Positions 8,500 to 18,505 are shown, counted from the stretch's first letter. The stretch is 64,000 bases of DNA from Sandaracinaceae bacterium (GCA_017881055.1 JADGRF010000120.1:489-64488), one strand, 5' to 3'. Program-made: numbers and translations. Notes: a model not told the origin generated them from the letters alone.

Positions 8500-10002
8500 A
8501 TGGCTTTGCGTCTGCACAACACCCTCACGGATCGCGTGGAGCCCTTCACGCCCAGCGAGCCCGGCCACGCGGGCGTCTACGTCTGCGGCCCGACCGTCTA
8601 CGACTACGCGCACATCGGGCACATGCGCGTGAACGTGGTCTACGACGTGCTCGTGCGGCACCTGCGCGAGAGCGGTCTCTCGGTGAAGTACGTCCGGAAC
8701 GTCACCGACATCGACGACAAGATCATCAAGCGCGCCGCCGAAGTCGGCGAGGACCCCGCGGCGCTCGCGCGTCGCTTCACCGATGCCTACACCGAAGACA
8801 CCGCGAAGCTGTTCTGCGTGCCGCCCGACGTCGAGCCGAAGGTCACCGAGCACCTCGACGAGATCCGCGCGCTCGTCACGCGCTTGATCGAGAAGAAAGC
8901 CGCGTATGCGGTCGACGGTGACGTGTACTTCGACGTTCAAGCGTTCGCGGGTTACGGCAAGCTCTCGCATCGCAAGCTCGATGATCTGGAAGCCGGTGCG
9001 AGCGGGCGGGTCGGCGAGGAAGAAAAGAAGAAGCGCCACCCCGCGGACTTCGCGCTCTGGAAGGGCGTGAAAGCCGATGCGAAAGCGGGGGAGCCGAGCT
9101 GGCCGAGCCCATGGGGTGCTGGTCGCCCCGGCTGGCACATCGAGTGCTCCGCGATGTGCATGCGCCACCTCGGCGAGTCGTTCGACATCCACGGTGGCGG
9201 TCTCGATCTGGTCTTCCCGCATCACGAAAACGAGATAGCGCAGTCCGAAGCGGCGAGCGGCAAGCAGCTGGCACGCATGTGGGTGCACAACGGCTTCATC
9301 GAGGTGAACAAAGAGAAGATGAGCAAGAGCCTCGGCAACTTCTTCACCGCACGCGAATGCTTTCGCTGCGTGGAGCCGGAAGCCTTGCGCTACTTCATGT
9401 TCACCACGCACTACCGCGCACCGCTCAGCCTCGACTGGACGCTCGACGACAAAGGTGCGGTCACGGGCTTTCCGCAGATCGAAGACGGCGAACGCCGCCT
9501 CGAATACTTGTACTCGACGCTGCTGCGCATCGCGCAGATCCCCGCGGAGCGCATCGATCCGCAAGGCCCGGTCGACAAAGATCTCGCCGGTTTTTCGGAT
9601 GTGCTCGCGCGCTCGCTCGACGACGACCTCAACATGCCGGCCGCGCTCGCGGTGGTCGCAGAGCTGCTCAAGCGTGTAAACGATGCCTGCGACGTGGCCG
9701 CGCGCAAGAACGGTCGCATCACGCGCGCCACACTCGACGTGAGCAAGCACGCGTTCAGCATGATCGGCCGTCGCCTCGGCATCGGCCTCGACGACGCGCG
9801 TGCATTTCTGCGCCGTGTCCGAAGTCGTCGTGCCGCTGCTCGCGGGCTCGCCGAGAGCGACGTCGAAGCGCGGCTCGTCGCGCGCATCGAGGCCCGCAAG
9901 AGCCGCGATTTCGCACGGGCAGACGCGATTCGCAACGAGCTGGTGGCCCGTGGCGTCGAGCTCATGGACAGCCCCGAAGGCACCGATTGGCGTCTTCCGT
10001 AG
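8500..10002 (+). CDS. cysS: Cysteine--tRNA ligase
   Basis: HIGH (HIGHMR) and KMSKS motifs. I prefer ATG 8500 (MALRLHNTLT...) over the track's GTG 8488. Confidence 0.95.
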   Translation: MALRLHNTLTDRVEPFTPSEPGHAGVYVCGPTVYDYAHIGHMRVNVVYDVLVRHLRESGLSVKYVRNVTDIDDKIIKRAAEVGEDPAALARRFTDAYTEDTAKLFCVPPDVEPKVTEHLDEIRALVTRLIEKKAAYAVDGDVYFDVQAFAGYGKLSHRKLDDLEAGASGRVGEEEKKKRHPADFALWKGVKADAKAGEPSWPSPWGAGRPGWHIECSAMCMRHLGESFDIHGGGLDLVFPHHENEIAQSEAASGKQLARMWVHNGFIEVNKEKMSKSLGNFFTARECFRCVEPEALRYFMFTTHYRAPLSLDWTLDDKGAVTGFPQIEDGERRLEYLYSTLLRIAQIPAERIDPQGPVDKDLAGFSDVLARSLDDDLNMPAALAVVAELLKRVNDACDVAARKNGRITRATLDVSKHAFSMIGRRLGIGLDDARAFLRRVRSRRAAARGLAESDVEARLVARIEARKSRDFARADAIRNELVARGVELMDSPEGTDWRLP

Positions 10003-10020
10003 AACCGTCTTCCGTAGAAC
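9991..10020. repeat. 2 x 15-bp direct duplication (CGTCTTCCGTAGAAC) spanning the cysS stop codon
   Basis: Copies at 9991-10005 and 10006-10020 are identical. The first contains the cysS TAG (10000-10002). Confidence 0.9.
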
Positions 10021-10139
10021 GCGCGTCGTGCACGCACCCGGCCCCTTTCAAGGGTAGGGTGAGCCCCGCCATGTCGCGCATGCGACTACGTTGGGAATAC
10101 GTTTGGTGAAGCGGCCAAAGCACGGATATTGTTTGCCTC

Positions 10140-11804
10140 ATGGCCGATGAACCGATCGCGACAGGAACGCTGGCGAAGACGCCGCTGCCGCATCTGCTCG
10201 TCTATCTCGACCAGCGGCAGCTCTCCGGCACCTTGGCGGTCTGGCCCGACGTGGCCGCCGAGAACGACAAGCGCCAGGATCGCATCCTGTTGCTCAAGGG
10301 TCGGCCGGTCGCCGGTCGCCTGCTCGATCCCGCGAAGACGCTGCGCGCGAGCTTGCTGAAGCTGTTCTATCGCAGCGAAGCGCCGTACGCGTTCTACGAA
10401 GGCAACTTGCTGGGCGATGCCGAGGGTCGGCAGAACGGTCGCATCGATTCCCTGTCGCTGATCGCCGAGTCGCTGCGCACGACCGCGCGCGAAGAGGTGG
10501 TGGCTGACGTGCTGGGTCGTGTCGGAACGATGCGCTTGCGCATGCAGCCGCGTGTCGAGATCAACCGCTTCGAGTTTCTCCCGGAAGAGCGCGCGGTGAT
10601 CGACCTGCTGATGGCCGAGCCCGCGAGCATCGCAGACTTGATTGCGGGCAGTCCGCTGCCGGTTCCACGCGCGCAGCGCCTGCTCTACCTCTTGCTGATC
10701 AGCAAGGCCGTCGCGACGTACGAAGAACCCACGGCGGCCGGAGCTGCCGTCGCGGCGGCTGCGGCGTCTGCCGCCAGCCCGGCGCGCGCCGCGGCGTCTG
10801 CCGCGTCTGCGCCTGCACCACCGCCGCCCGCTCAAGCCGGAGCGCCGGACGCCAGCGTCGACCAGGCGGCGGTTCCCGACGTCAGCGCAGCTGCAGCGCC
10901 GACCTCCAGCCCGGGCCTGCCGCCGCTCGGGGATTTCTCGAAGCCTCCGCCGGGTCGGCTCGATCGCTTCGGCGAGATGCCTTCGCCGCCCGAGGGGCTC
11001 GCGCCCGAGCTCGCGGAGCGCTGGCAACGCATCACCACGCGCGGGCGCCTGATCGAGAACCAGAACTACTTCGAGATGCTCGGCGTCGACAAGAAGGTGC
11101 ACAGCGCGGAGGTCAAAACGGAGTTCTTCAAGCTCGCCAAAGAGTGGCACCCGGATCGGCTGCCGCCCGAGCTCGTGCCGCTGCGCCAGTTCGTCGAGAT
11201 CATCTTCTCGTTCATGAACGAGGCGCAGAAAGTCCTCGGCGACGAAGAGCAGCGTCTGCAATACCTGCGCACCGTGCGTGAGGGCGGGGGCACGCCGGCC
11301 GCCGAGCGCTTGATGCAGAGCATCCTCGACAGCGCGCTCGCCTACGAGCGCGTGCAGGTGTTCGCGCGCAAGCACCAGTACGACGAAGCGCTGGAGCTGC
11401 TGCAAAAGATCCTGGGGCTGACCAAGGACGAGCCGGACTACCACGCGATGTACGGCTGGCTGCTCATGCAGAAGCACACGGGCACGGACGCTCCGACGGG
11501 CAAGATCATGGAGGCGCTCGACAGGGCGATCGCGCTCTACGCGGATCACGAGAAGGCGAACCTGTACAAGGCGCAGATGCTCAAGCGCCTCGGTCGTCAC
11601 AACGAGGCCATGCGCCAGTACAAGCGGGTCGCGCAGATCAACCCGAACAACGTCGATGCCGCGCGCGAAGTGCGCATTGCGCAGATGCGCGAAGACAAAG
11701 ACAGGCCGCTGGCAGGCAAGGGTGCGGCCGGCTTGTTTGGCAAGCTGCTCGGTGGCTCCGGCAACGACAAAGACAAAGAAAAAGCCAAGGCGAAGAAGAA
11801 GTGA
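10140..11804 (+). CDS. J-domain (DnaJ-like) protein with N-terminal DUF4388-like domain and C-terminal TPR-like repeats
   Basis: J-domain NYFEMLGVDKKVHSAEVKTEFFKLAKEWHPDR with the HPD motif. Ala/Pro-rich linker. Lys-rich tail. Confidence 0.8.
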   Translation: MADEPIATGTLAKTPLPHLLVYLDQRQLSGTLAVWPDVAAENDKRQDRILLLKGRPVAGRLLDPAKTLRASLLKLFYRSEAPYAFYEGNLLGDAEGRQNGRIDSLSLIAESLRTTAREEVVADVLGRVGTMRLRMQPRVEINRFEFLPEERAVIDLLMAEPASIADLIAGSPLPVPRAQRLLYLLLISKAVATYEEPTAAGAAVAAAAASAASPARAAASAASAPAPPPPAQAGAPDASVDQAAVPDVSAAAAPTSSPGLPPLGDFSKPPPGRLDRFGEMPSPPEGLAPELAERWQRITTRGRLIENQNYFEMLGVDKKVHSAEVKTEFFKLAKEWHPDRLPPELVPLRQFVEIIFSFMNEAQKVLGDEEQRLQYLRTVREGGGTPAAERLMQSILDSALAYERVQVFARKHQYDEALELLQKILGLTKDEPDYHAMYGWLLMQKHTGTDAPTGKIMEALDRAIALYADHEKANLYKAQMLKRLGRHNEAMRQYKRVAQINPNNVDAAREVRIAQMREDKDRPLAGKGAAGLFGKLLGGSGNDKDKEKAKAKKK

Positions 11805-11910
11805 GCGGCGGCCGTCGCTGGGAAGCTTGACCTACGCTAGCGACACGCGCGCAAGTACGTGAAATCTGTCGCACGGCCCCCGGGCACGTCCGCTGCAACG
11901 CTCGCCCGGC

Positions 11911-12633
11911 ATGATGAACCAAGTGTCTTCGGGCGAAGTCGAGCGCAGCGGTCCGCGTGAACGGCTCGTACTGAATGGTGTCACGTCGCTGAGCGATGCC
12001 GAGCTTTTGGCCGTCTTGCTCGGCACCGGCTCGAGCAGCGAGCCGGTCAGCGTGCTCGCCGCGCGGCTGCTCGAGCGTGCCGGTGGGCTCGCCGGGTTGG
12101 CTGGGCTTTCGATGACTCAGCTGGAGGCGCAGCTGGGCATCGGGCCGACGAAAGCGTGTCGTGTGCGTGCCGCCCTCGAGCTCGGTCGGCGCGTGTCGTC
12201 GCGGCCCCTGTCGCGCAAGCGGCCGATCACGACCAGCCGCGATGTCGACGCGGCGCTTCGCCCGCGCCTGCGCGGCCTCTCGCGCGAGCACTTCTTCGCG
12301 ATCGCGCTCGATGCCAAGAACCATCCGATCGCCGAGATCGAGGTGGCCGTGGGCGGCCTCGTCGCCTGCTGTCTGTCTCCGGCCGATGTGTTTCGCCCGC
12401 TGCTGCGGGAAGCGGCGGTCAGCGTGATCTTCGCCCACAACCATCCGAGCGGCGAACCAGCGCCCAGCGAAGAGGACGTGACCCTCACCCAGCGCCTGTG
12501 CCGCGTTGGTGAGCTGGTAGGCGTGCGCGTCCTCGACCACCTGGTGCTGGGCGAAAGCGGCTACTTCAGCTTCCTGGATTCGGGCATGCTGAGCTCGGGC
12601 CCGGATGATCTCCGCGCTCCGTCCATTCTCTAG
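11911..12633 (+). CDS. radC: RadC-family JAB/MPN domain protein
   Basis: N-terminal HhH-like LSDAELLAVLLGTG. JAMM-like HNHPSGEPAPSEED. Confidence 0.85.
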   Translation: MMNQVSSGEVERSGPRERLVLNGVTSLSDAELLAVLLGTGSSSEPVSVLAARLLERAGGLAGLAGLSMTQLEAQLGIGPTKACRVRAALELGRRVSSRPLSRKRPITTSRDVDAALRPRLRGLSREHFFAIALDAKNHPIAEIEVAVGGLVACCLSPADVFRPLLREAAVSVIFAHNHPSGEPAPSEEDVTLTQRLCRVGELVGVRVLDHLVLGESGYFSFLDSGMLSSGPDDLRAPSIL

Positions 12634-12700
12634 CTTGACAGGCCTAGGGCCCCGTGCTTTGGTCCGCCTCCCGGTTTTCCCGCTCTCTTAGGAGTGTCTC

Positions 12701-12853
12701 GTGTCGAAGCGCACCTACCAACCTCACCGCACGCGTCGCCTTCGGACCCACGGGTTTCGGGCTCGCATGAAGACAGCCAACGGGCGCAAGGTGTTGAACA
12801 ACCGGCGCCGCAAGGGCCGCAACCGCCTCGCCGTGTCCGTCTACAAGAAGTAG
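12701..12853 (+). CDS. rpmH: 50S ribosomal protein L34
   Basis: Not in the ORF track because it is under 60 aa. GTG 12701 after AGGAG (12690-12694). Translation [50 protein letters not shown]. Confidence 0.9.
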   Translation: MSKRTYQPHRTRRLRTHGFRARMKTANGRKVLNNRRRKGRNRLAVSVYKK

Positions 12854-12882
12854 TGCCTGCTGCGCGCGCCGCCGGCCTGTCA

Positions 12883-13293
12883 GTGTGCGGCTTCCCGCGC
12901 ACAGAGCGTCTACTTCGCCGTGGCCAGTACCTGCGCGTGCAGAACGGCGGACGGCGTGTCCACACAGCGCACTTCGTGATTCTCGTGCTGCCGCGCGGGG
13001 TCCAAGGTGACGCCCAAGGGCCTGCCACTGCGCGCATCGGCGTGACCGTTGGCAAGCGCGTGGGCAACGCCGTGCGACGAAATCGGGTCAAGCGCGTGGT
13101 GCGCGAGGTCTATCGCACCAGCAAAACGCTGTTTCCCACCGATTGTGACGTGGTACTCGTGGCCCGACTGGGTGCGGACCGTCTAGATTACGGAGCCGTC
13201 AAAGCGGAAGTGGAGCGCGCACGAGACGCCATCTTCGAAGCCCGAACCAAGGCCCTTGCCCGGGATCCGCGTCCCCCGCAGTCATCCCTATGA
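12883..13293 (+). CDS. rnpA: Ribonuclease P protein component
   Basis: GVTVGKRVGNAVRRNRVKRVVRE motif and conserved position after rpmH. The start (GTG 12883) is uncertain because the track ORF starts upstream, overlapping rpmH. Confidence 0.8.
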   Translation: MCGFPRTERLLRRGQYLRVQNGGRRVHTAHFVILVLPRGVQGDAQGPATARIGVTVGKRVGNAVRRNRVKRVVREVYRTSKTLFPTDCDVVLVARLGADRLDYGAVKAEVERARDAIFEARTKALARDPRPPQSSL

Positions 13294-13562
13294 TCGCGAG
13301 ATTCCTCCTGCTCCTGATTGCTGCGTACCAGCGGACCTTGTCTCCGCTGCTGGGCAACGTCTGTCGTTTCGAGCCCAGCTGCTCGCGCTACACGGCGACC
13401 TGCATCGAGCGCTTCGGTGCGTTGCGCGGCGGCTTGCTCGGCGCGCGCCGGATCGCGAGCTGTCATCCCTTTCACCGTGGCGGCGTCGACCTGCCACCCG
13501 AGACCTGGCCCGTCCGTTCTCTGCCCCTCTGTTCGAATCGAACGAGCGCACGCCAGCCCTGA
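13290..13562 (+). CDS. yidD: Membrane protein insertion efficiency factor YidD
   Basis: YQRTLSPLLGNVCRFEPSCSRY signature. ATGA overlap with the rnpA stop. Confidence 0.85.
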   Translation: MIARFLLLLIAAYQRTLSPLLGNVCRFEPSCSRYTATCIERFGALRGGLLGARRIASCHPFHRGGVDLPPETWPVRSLPLCSNRTSARQP

Positions 13563-13624
13563 ACCCCTTTTTGGCCTCGCCTGCGGCATACGTCGCGCGA
13601 GGCTCACCACGCCCGAGACGTTGC

Positions 13625-15301
13625 ATGAAGAAACCCCGCTCGACCCTTGGCTCGTTGTCATCCTTGGCCACCTTGGCCACCTTGGCCATCCTCGCGTGCG
13701 CGCTGCTGACGCGCTCCGCGCAGGCACAGAGCGCGGCCGCCACACTGGCAGAGGCGCCGCCTTCGGCGCAGACGTTGTCGCTGGGCACCGATCGCTGGCA
13801 CGCCCGAGTCTCTGCAGCTAACGGCGGCATCACGAGCTTCCAGCTGCTCGACAAAGCGTATGAGGTCGACGGCAAGCCGTACGACGTCGTGACCACCGAG
13901 AAGCCGCAGTACCTGCCTCTGGTCGTGCACGTCGATGGCATCGCCACCGCCGCGCTCACGGCGGCCAGCTGGCATCCCGAGACGCTGTCGGATCGCGCCG
14001 TGCGCCTGCGCACGATCGTCGATGGCATCGGCATCGAGCGCAAGCTCGAGGCGGGCAACGGTCCCTACCAGCTGTGGGTCACCACGACGCTCGGCAACCG
14101 CGGCGACAAGCCGCGCAAGCTCGCGCTGCGCGAAGCCACGTATCACTACGTCGCGCGCAAAGCCGAGAACGGCGCGATCTCGTTTCTTCCCGCGCGTTCT
14201 AGCGCGCACAGCAGCGTGCTGTGCCACCACGGCGAAGACCTCGAGCGCATCGATCACGTGAAGCTATCGCAGCCGAAGTCGTGGAGCGGCGACGTGCGCT
14301 TTGCCGCGGTGGAGAACGTCTATTTCTTGAACGCGATCGTCGGCGAGGGTGCTGGCTCCCGCGCTTGCACGCTGTCGTCCGAAGATCGCGGCATCGACGA
14401 CGGCGGTAAGCCGCTCGGCGCTCTCTTGCGTGCGGAGCTGGCGTATCCGACGGTCACGCTTCAGCCTGGCGAGCACATCACACTGCACGCGCTCGCGTAC
14501 CTCGGCCCGAAGACGCCGAGCGAGCTCGCGGTCGCGGGCCACTCGCTGCGCGAGTCGATCAACGCCGGCTTCTTCACCAAGCTCTCCGACGGCCTCACGC
14601 TCTTGCTCGGGATCATTCACTCCGGCATCGGCAACTGGGGCCTCGCCATCATCCTGCTCACGTTCTTCGTGAAGCTCGTTCTCTATCCGCTGACGCACAA
14701 GCAGATGGAGTCGATGGCGAAGATGAAAGAGCTCAAGCCCGAGATGGACAAGCTCAACGCGCTCTACGCGGACGACCGCGAGAAGAAGGGCGCGGCGGTG
14801 ATGGAGCTGTACCGTAAGAAGGGGGTGAACCCGATGGCGGGCTGCTTGCCCGTGCTCTTGCAGCTCCCGATCTGGTTCTCACTGTACGCGTCGCTGTCGT
14901 CGAACATCCACCTTTTCCACGCGCCGTTCGCGCTGTGGTGGAGGGACCTGTCCTCGCCGGATCCGTTCTTCGTGCTGCCCCTGGCGCTTGGCGTGCTGAT
15001 GTTCGTCCAGCAGAAGCTCACGCCGCCGGCGGGTGCCGACCCGATGCAGCAGAAGATGATGCTCTACATGATGCCGACCATGATCACGAGCTTCATGCTT
15101 TTCTTGCCAGCCGGTTTGTGTCTATACATGTTCACCAACTCCGCGCTCAGCATAGCGCAGCAAAAATTCATCGAATCTCGTCTCAGAAACGCAGTCAGTG
15201 CCGCCGCGGCCACCACGGAATCCCTTCCCTCGGATTCGGGTGACGCGCAGCAGGGCAATCCCAAGCACGCGGAACGGAGGTTGCGCCGTGGTCGAAAGTA
15301 G
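13625..15301 (+). CDS. yidC: Membrane protein insertase YidC
   Basis: Start at ATG 13625 (MKKPRSTLGSLSSLATLATLAILA). Large periplasmic domain, then the 60-kDa insertase core (GLAIILLTFFVKLVLYPLTHKQMESMAKMKELKPE...). Confidence 0.9.
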   Translation: MKKPRSTLGSLSSLATLATLAILACALLTRSAQAQSAAATLAEAPPSAQTLSLGTDRWHARVSAANGGITSFQLLDKAYEVDGKPYDVVTTEKPQYLPLVVHVDGIATAALTAASWHPETLSDRAVRLRTIVDGIGIERKLEAGNGPYQLWVTTTLGNRGDKPRKLALREATYHYVARKAENGAISFLPARSSAHSSVLCHHGEDLERIDHVKLSQPKSWSGDVRFAAVENVYFLNAIVGEGAGSRACTLSSEDRGIDDGGKPLGALLRAELAYPTVTLQPGEHITLHALAYLGPKTPSELAVAGHSLRESINAGFFTKLSDGLTLLLGIIHSGIGNWGLAIILLTFFVKLVLYPLTHKQMESMAKMKELKPEMDKLNALYADDREKKGAAVMELYRKKGVNPMAGCLPVLLQLPIWFSLYASLSSNIHLFHAPFALWWRDLSSPDPFFVLPLALGVLMFVQQKLTPPAGADPMQQKMMLYMMPTMITSFMLFLPAGLCLYMFTNSALSIAQQKFIESRLRNAVSAAAATTESLPSDSGDAQQGNPKHAERRLRRGRK

Positions 15302-16001
15302 AAAGCCCCCCGAGCTCGATGGAGCTCTGTTCATCGATTCAACCGATGCGTCGGATGGGGACGCGCGGCCCGCGCGCGACCTCGACGACGACTTCGATGG
15401 TCCAAGCGACCGAGGTGAAGGCGCCAGCGCGCGTCGTCCTCGTGCAGGCGGTCCGAGCAACGCGGAGCTTGTCGAAGACGGCAAGGCCGAGCTGTCGCTG
15501 GAGATGCTCAACGAGATCCTGAAGCGCATGTCGCTGATCGCCGACGTGTCCATTCGCGAAGACGGCGAGGAAGTGATCCTCGACATAACCGGCGAAGACG
15601 CCGGTCGCGTGATCGGCAAGAAGGGCCAAACGCTCGATGCGTTGCAGTTCCTGATCAACAAGATCGTGAACCGCTTCCCGGAAGGGCGGCGCCACATCGT
15701 GCTCGACTCGGGCGACTACCGCCTGCGCCGCGAGAACGGCCTGATCTCCATGGCGCGTCGCGAGGCCAAGCGCGCGATGCAGCAGGGTCGCATCATCACG
15801 CTCGAGCCCATGTCGCCGCGTGATCGGCGCGTGATCCATCTCTCGCTCGCGAAGTTCCCGGGCGTGAGCACGCGCTCGGACGGGCAGGGTACCGAGCGTC
15901 GCGTTCGCATCATTCCCGCGCGGGCGGGTCGTGGTGAGGGTCGTGGTGGCGATCGCCAGCCGCAGCGTCCGCCGGAAGGCGACGTTCGCGAAGACGACTG
16001 A
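15288..16001 (+). CDS. jag: Jag/KhpB-type RNA-binding protein (KH + R3H)
   Basis: GTG 15288 preceded by GGAGG (15276-15280), overlapping the yidC 3' end. KH GKKGQTLDALQFLINK. R3H MSPRDRRVIHLSL. Confidence 0.8.
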   Translation: MVESRKPPELDGALFIDSTDASDGDARPARDLDDDFDGPSDRGEGASARRPRAGGPSNAELVEDGKAELSLEMLNEILKRMSLIADVSIREDGEEVILDITGEDAGRVIGKKGQTLDALQFLINKIVNRFPEGRRHIVLDSGDYRLRRENGLISMARREAKRAMQQGRIITLEPMSPRDRRVIHLSLAKFPGVSTRSDGQGTERRVRIIPARAGRGEGRGGDRQPQRPPEGDVREDD

Positions 16002-16010
16002 GAATGCGAG

Positions 16011-16655
16011 TCAGATCCGATCGTAGATCGCGATGCTGCGTTCCACATCACGGTTCGGCAGCTCGTAGCGTACGTGTGCTGTCAGCTGCGTACCTTGCGG
16101 CGCGTTCGGCGCGGGGTGCGCGGCGAGCAGCACCAAGGTCCGCTGCGCGAGGGCTGTGCCGGCCTGGAGCCAGAGCGGCGGGGCAAACGTAGCCCGCGAC
16201 AGCGCGAGATCGAACGGCGCACCCGGCGCGGTCGGCTGCTCGGGATCCAGCTTGGCTTCGACGATCCGGACGCGCGAAGTCAGCCCGAGCGTGCCCAGGG
16301 CGGTGCGCAGGAACGCGACGCGCTTACGCAGCGGCTCGATCAGCGTGAGGTCCAGGTCGCCCCGCAAGAGAGCGAGCGGCAACGCCGGTGCGCCTGCACC
16401 CGACCCAACATCCACAGCGCGACTGCCTTCGGGAACGATGCTGGCGTCGGCGAGCTTGAACGCGTCGGCTAGCAGCACCTCGACCTGGGCTTCGGCATCA
16501 CGTGCAGCGGTGAGGTCGAGCTTGCGATTCCAGGTCACGACCAGCTCGACGTACCGGCCGAGCGCTTTCACGATAGCCGGTGTGACCTCGCAGTCGAGCG
16601 CTTCGGCCATGGCCTCGATGCGCTTGCGATCGCGTTCCAGGGAAAAGTCGGACAC
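16011..16655 (-). CDS. rsmG: 16S rRNA (guanine527-N7)-methyltransferase RsmG
   Basis: VDVGSGAGAPALPLAL SAM motif. Family-typical length (214 aa). Classical neighbourhood. Confidence 0.9.
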   Translation of the reverse strand: MSDFSLERDRKRIEAMAEALDCEVTPAIVKALGRYVELVVTWNRKLDLTAARDAEAQVEVLLADAFKLADASIVPEGSRAVDVGSGAGAPALPLALLRGDLDLTLIEPLRKRVAFLRTALGTLGLTSRVRIVEAKLDPEQPTAPGAPFDLALSRATFAPPLWLQAGTALAQRTLVLLAAHPAPNAPQGTQLTAHVRYELPNRDVERSIAIYDRI

Positions 16656-16756
16656 GGATGGCTTCTAGCGACCGTAGCGGTCTCTGTCGAGGCGTGCGCT
16701 CGCGCGCGTCGGCAGGACAGTTGCAAGGAACGGGCGCCTTCCGCCACGCTCGGCCC

Positions 16757-17818
16757 ATGATCGAACCCGCGCCCGACTTTTCGCGCGAGCTGACTGCGTT
16801 CTACGGAGACGCTCCCGCCGGCACGCTGAAGAAGCTGAAAGGTGATGCCTCGACGCGCCGCTACTACCGCTTTCGCGCGGACGGTGCGCGCGCGCCGCGT
16901 TCGCTGATCATCATGCATCTACCGGAAACCGAGGAGACGAAAGCGGCCGGTCGCGCGCAGGCCGCGTCCTTCGGCGACGTGCAACGGCTGCTGGCGGCAC
17001 GTGGCATTCCGGTGCCGCAGATCTACGCGAGTCACGTCGAGCAAGGCGTGATGCTCCTGGAAGATCTCGGCGACGAGATGTTCGAAACGCGCGTACACGC
17101 GACACTCAAATCCGGCTGGCCTGGGCTCTACGCGTGTGCGATCGATCGACTGGCCGAGCTTCACGCGGCGTGCGCGCCGCCGCAGGATCCCAACACGTCG
17201 ATCGTCTATCGCCGACGCTTCGAGCCCGCTCTGTTGCGCTGGGAGCTCGACCATTTTCGCGAGTACGGCCTTTGCGCGCTGCACGGGCCGCTTGCGCCTG
17301 CGGATCGCGCCGAGCTCGACACGCACTTCGACGCGCTGACCGCGGCGATCACGGCGCTGCCCGATGGCCTCGTGCATCGTGACTACCAGTCGCGCAACTT
17401 GATGTGGGCTCCGGATGGGCGCCTGGTCGTGATCGATTTTCAAGATGCGATGATCGGCCCAGCGCCCTACGATCTCGTCGCGCTGCTCTGCGATTCGTAC
17501 GTGGTGCTGGATGCCGCGCTGCAGCGCTCGATGCTCGCGCGTTACGCAGAGCGGCGCGGGTACTCGTCGCAGGCCGAGGCCGCGCTCGTGCACGGCTTTC
17601 AGCTGATCTCCGTGCAGCGCAAGCTCAAGGATGCTGGCCGCTTCGTGTTCATCGATCGAGTGCGCGGCAACCCCGACTTCTTGCCGTTCTTCACCGATAG
17701 CCTGCGCTACGCGGACCGGGCGCTCGCAGCGCTGCCCGAGCTCACGCCGCTGCGCACGCTTCTGCAGCGCCTGTTGCCCGGCTTCCCCGAGCTGTCAGCG
17801 CCTGGCGCTGCGCGCTGA
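16757..17818 (+). CDS. Aminoglycoside-phosphotransferase-fold kinase (AmgK-like anomeric sugar kinase candidate)
   Basis: Start at ATG 16757 (MIEPAPDF...). GDASTRRYYR nucleotide lobe. Catalytic loop LVHRDYQSRNLMW and IDFQDA. Confidence 0.75.
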   Translation: MIEPAPDFSRELTAFYGDAPAGTLKKLKGDASTRRYYRFRADGARAPRSLIIMHLPETEETKAAGRAQAASFGDVQRLLAARGIPVPQIYASHVEQGVMLLEDLGDEMFETRVHATLKSGWPGLYACAIDRLAELHAACAPPQDPNTSIVYRRRFEPALLRWELDHFREYGLCALHGPLAPADRAELDTHFDALTAAITALPDGLVHRDYQSRNLMWAPDGRLVVIDFQDAMIGPAPYDLVALLCDSYVVLDAALQRSMLARYAERRGYSSQAEAALVHGFQLISVQRKLKDAGRFVFIDRVRGNPDFLPFFTDSLRYADRALAALPELTPLRTLLQRLLPGFPELSAPGAAR

Positions 17819-17931
17819 AGCCATGCGGTTCTCTCGGCCCAACCACAGCGTCCTACACACGGCCACACGCCTTTAGGGAATAAACGGTGTGCCTGCTTGC
17901 TTACGGGACGGTGACAAGACTCGCCTAGGAC

Positions 17932-17959
17932 TTGCCCTGGCGGGTTCAGCAAGTAGACT
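17932..17959 (+). promoter_or_regulatory. Possible sigma-70-type promoter (TTGCCC-N16-TAGACT) about 10 nt before ATG 17969
   Basis: Hexamers at 17932-17937 and 17954-17959. Pattern match only. Confidence 0.25.
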
Positions 17960-17968
17960 CCCCGCCAC

Positions 17969-18442
17969 ATGAGCCGTCTCGCGATCGCTGTTGCTTTGCT
18001 CACGTCTGCCGCGCTGGCGCACGCCGGCACCGCGCACGCGTTGTGGCTCAGCGATGCGCAGCACGCGCCGCTGATGGCTGCAACGCCGCGCGTCGCCGCG
18101 ACCTGCGTGGATCGCGACAGCGACGCCGCAGCGATGGCGCCGCACCTGGCCCTGGCCCTCGCCGTAGAGCCGACCGCGCTCGCTCTGCCCGTGCTCGCCC
18201 TGGCGATCCCCACGAACGACGACAGCGTGCCGTGGTGCCTGAACGCCGACGACCCGCGCTGCTCGCCGATCGAGGGTGGCTCGCTGCCGCCGCACGTCGC
18301 TGCGCAGCCCAAGCTTTCCTGGGCGCCGGTCCTTTCTCTTCCAGAGCCGCGTGCCACGCAGCTCGTCGTGCCCCGTCCGCACGAGCTGCCCCTGGCAGCG
18401 CGTGACGGTGAGCACGCTCGCTTGGAACGCCCACCTAGGTGA
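17969..18442 (+). CDS. Secreted hypothetical protein
   Basis: Signal peptide MSRLAIAVALLTSAALAHA. Strong G/C third-position bias. The TGA stop (18440-18442) falls inside the first 34-bp repeat unit. Confidence 0.55.
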   Translation: MSRLAIAVALLTSAALAHAGTAHALWLSDAQHAPLMAATPRVAATCVDRDSDAAAMAPHLALALAVEPTALALPVLALAIPTNDDSVPWCLNADDPRCSPIEGGSLPPHVAAQPKLSWAPVLSLPEPRATQLVVPRPHELPLAARDGEHARLERPPR

Positions 18443-18505
18443 GATACCCGCGGAGCAGCCTTCGGCTCTCCGGTGAGATACCCGCGGAGCAGCCTTCGGC
18501 TCTCC
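18438..18505. repeat. 2 x 34-bp tandem repeat, homologous to the 7032-7163 units but in opposite orientation
   Basis: Units at 18438-18471 and 18472-18505 (GGTGAGATACCCGCGGAGCAGCCTTCGGCTCTCC). The core ATACCCGCGGAGCAGCCT(T/G)CGGCTCTCC equals the reverse complement of the hisD-ttcA repeat. Confidence 0.95.

Noticed and set aside
11911-12633. radC considered as part of a defence or mobile module
   Set aside because: It sits in a conserved housekeeping context next to rpmH-rnpA-yidC, with no toxin, nuclease, integrase or repeat boundaries nearby.
12635-12663. TTGACA-N17-TTTGGT as an rpmH promoter
   Set aside because: The -35 hexamer is perfect but the -10 is poor, so there is not enough to call a promoter.
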